DNA of 64,000 nucleotides, from contig JASKOM010000005.1 of the NCBI GenBank assembly GCA_030152305.1, forward strand, positions 79,620 to 143,619, read 5' to 3'. Under the pieces are notes generated by a model. It was not told the origin of the DNA. It worked only from the letters and a program-made list of their open reading frames with translations, and searched no databases. This document shows positions 62,083-64,000 of this stretch, piece by piece. The position numbers were made by a program, and so were the translations under genes. Within the stretch, counting starts at the first letter, position 1. Every line of letters starts with the position of its first letter. Source of the stretch: Campylobacterota bacterium. Lineage in GTDB: Bacteria; Campylobacterota; Campylobacteria; Campylobacterales; Thiovulaceae.

Positions 62083-63924
62083 TTAATTTGTAACAACACA
62101 ATTTTTACCAGATGATTTAGCATCTTGAAGATTTTTTTCACATCTAATTAATAAATCATCTTCTTCTTCAAGTTTATGATATTCAGTAACACCAAAACTT
62201 GCTGTAATTGATATTTCTTTAAAGAAACTATGTTGTTCGATAATAATTCTTAATTTTTCAGCTAATTTTGTAGCACCTAAAATATTTTCGTTTGTAATAA
62301 CAATAAAATCATTACCGCTATATTTATAAATAACATCGCTTTTTCTAATTTGAGAATCGATTAAAATAGTTAATTCGATTAAAACACGATCACCAGTCAT
62401 ATCGCCGTAACGATCATTAATTGATCCGAAATCATCGATATTAAATAAAATTAAAGACAAAGTATTATTTTTATAAATTATACTTTTGACATCAGTTTCA
62501 AATTTAGTTCGATTAAAAATGCCAGTTAATTTATCTCGATATTGAACAGCATTTTTTGAAGTGTCGCTAAAAATCATTTTCATAGTAATATCCGTAAAAA
62601 CGATAAAGTCTATTCTGTAATCTTTAAAATTAATTTGAGAAAGTTCAAACACTCGAATTTCATTTGTTTTAACATTTTGCATTTTAACTTTTTGACCACT
62701 TAATTTTAATTTATTTAATAGCTGTTCATATGATTCATTATTTTTATATAAATAATCTTTTTCTTCGATGAAAAAATCAAAAATCGAAACAACATGATTA
62801 TTATTTTTAATATCTCTCGAAGAATTAACACCGATAAAATCGAGAAACTTTCTATTAAAATCTTGAATCTGACCTTTTTTTAATAAAATAATCATATCCG
62901 TGTGATTATGAAAAATATTATTAATTAAATTCTTTTCACTTCTTCTCATGTTTAAAAATACAAAATAAATCAAAGCATTTGTAACGAAACTAAAAAATAA
63001 GAAATATAAAAGTTTATTTCTTTGTTCAACTTCAATAAAATTATCTTTATTTATATTAACTAAATAGCCAATTTGATCGCCATGAATATTTTTAACGGGT
63101 AAAAAGTTAATAACTTTTTCTTCATTTTCAAAGGATAGAGAAACAGAAAAGGATTTCATTGATGATAAATTATTATTAATAATATTTATAGTATCAGCAG
63201 GTAACTTATCCATATAGGCAATATTTTCAGCTTTTTCATAGCAAAATTTATCGTTAAAATTTAATTGATTATAATATTCGTCAAAGTCAAATAATTTAGC
63301 TTTTATAATATCGTTACGAAAAATGAAACTGTAATTACCTCCAAATGTTTGTTCGAAAGCAAATTCAACAGCTTTAAGTGTAAAACTAATTTCAACACTG
63401 CCAATAAAATTATTATTTAACATTAATGGATAAACATTTCGAAAGCCACTAAAAATTAGACCTTCTTCAAAACCGTGATAACTTTTAAAAGTTTTATTTA
63501 CAGAACCTATTGAATATCGAACATCACCTAAATAATCACCAAATTTATTTTTTTTATGCATTCGTAAAAAACTTTTGCTATCTTTTGTATGAAAATGCAA
63601 TTGTCTAACTTCGTTAAGGCTCATTCGTCTATAAGAATCATCTAATTTTTGAATTAGAATATTTCTAGCAATAGCTGTTTGATTTGGGTCTTCATAATTT
63701 AATTCAGCGACCAAAGATAATATTTCTGGTTTATTAACAACTTCATGAAAATAAATATTGCTTTTTTCTCGTAAATCTCTGGTTATCGTGTTATATTGAA
63801 ATTGAATTGATTCTCGTTTATGTTCCAAATAAAGAGAAACATCATCGTTATAAGTCTTATAATTTGCAAAGCCTATAAAAATCATAACTGCAAAATATAT
63901 AGCAAATTCTGTTTTTCGAAGCAT
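62083..63924 (-). CDS. Sensor GGDEF-domain protein with degenerate active site (YSGNDF)
   Basis: Two TM segments flank a Cache-like periplasmic region (tentative). C-terminal DKLTGIFNR...LFNIDDFGSINDRYGDMTGD...YSGNDFVIT. Confidence 0.7.
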   Translation of the reverse strand: MLRKTEFAIYFAVMIFIGFANYKTYNDDVSLYLEHKRESIQFQYNTITRDLREKSNIYFHEVVNKPEILSLVAELNYEDPNQTAIARNILIQKLDDSYRRMSLNEVRQLHFHTKDSKSFLRMHKKNKFGDYLGDVRYSIGSVNKTFKSYHGFEEGLIFSGFRNVYPLMLNNNFIGSVEISFTLKAVEFAFEQTFGGNYSFIFRNDIIKAKLFDFDEYYNQLNFNDKFCYEKAENIAYMDKLPADTINIINNNLSSMKSFSVSLSFENEEKVINFLPVKNIHGDQIGYLVNINKDNFIEVEQRNKLLYFLFFSFVTNALIYFVFLNMRRSEKNLINNIFHNHTDMIILLKKGQIQDFNRKFLDFIGVNSSRDIKNNNHVVSIFDFFIEEKDYLYKNNESYEQLLNKLKLSGQKVKMQNVKTNEIRVFELSQINFKDYRIDFIVFTDITMKMIFSDTSKNAVQYRDKLTGIFNRTKFETDVKSIIYKNNTLSLILFNIDDFGSINDRYGDMTGDRVLIELTILIDSQIRKSDVIYKYSGNDFIVITNENILGATKLAEKLRIIIEQHSFFKEISITASFGVTEYHKLEEEDDLLIRCEKNLQDAKSSGKNCVVTN

Positions 63925-64000
63925 CTTTTTTTAAACTCCTTTCAAGCTTATTATTTTTTAAAAAAAATATTTTCGGGCAAAAGAGGTGCTTCACCCCTTT

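Overview
This is a 64-kb, very AT-rich bacterial chromosome segment (about 27-30% GC, judged by eye) with most genes on the minus strand. No rRNA, tRNA or CRISPR array was found. The housekeeping backbone looks Campylobacterota-like, which is an inference from gene content: mutS2, tmk, a small tetrahaem cytochrome c, gmhB, ispE, lon, rplM-rpsI, purM, miaA, aroE, purA, flgB, sucCD, hemN, hemH, yciH, cysQ, mtnN, chemoreceptors with CZB and haem-c sensors, and GGDEF proteins. Several accessory patches interrupt this backbone. (1) 1-5345 holds a tandem array of at least five 'small HTH + antirepressor' cassettes. Bro-N or Rha N-terminal domains are swapped onto one constant KilAC-like C-terminus. 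A two-gene BcgI-like type IIB R-M system follows at 5360-8493. (2) A 1.1-kb insertion splits sucC from sucD. It carries a hypothetical gene, an antitoxin and a truncated MazF-like toxin. (3) 37367-48494 is the headline: a seven-gene operon built on four divergent Hsp70/DnaK-like ATPases. One is fused to vWA, and one has a PIN nuclease domain inserted into the nucleotide-binding domain. The operon also encodes one or two GrpE-like proteins, a coiled-coil protein and an unknown 474-aa helical protein. I cannot match it to any named system and propose it as a candidate NTPase-centred conflict/defence system. (4) 52400-55345 is a mosaic bounded by nested direct repeats. It contains a sixth cassette (KilA-N type, with an in-frame stop), extra HTH genes and a C5-cytosine methyltransferase frameshifted in an A8 tract. 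Four window-wide signals also stand out. The 8/9-mer ACCTCATC(G) is strongly over-represented: at least 36 hand-counted copies, in all reading frames and as inverted pairs forming terminator hairpins. A ~196-bp structured repeat sits at three insertion junctions. A CCCGAA/TTCGGG hairpin repeat family marks cassette borders. A C10 tract lies in the promoter region of an astacin-like protease. All coordinates and counts come from manual reading and no database search was possible.
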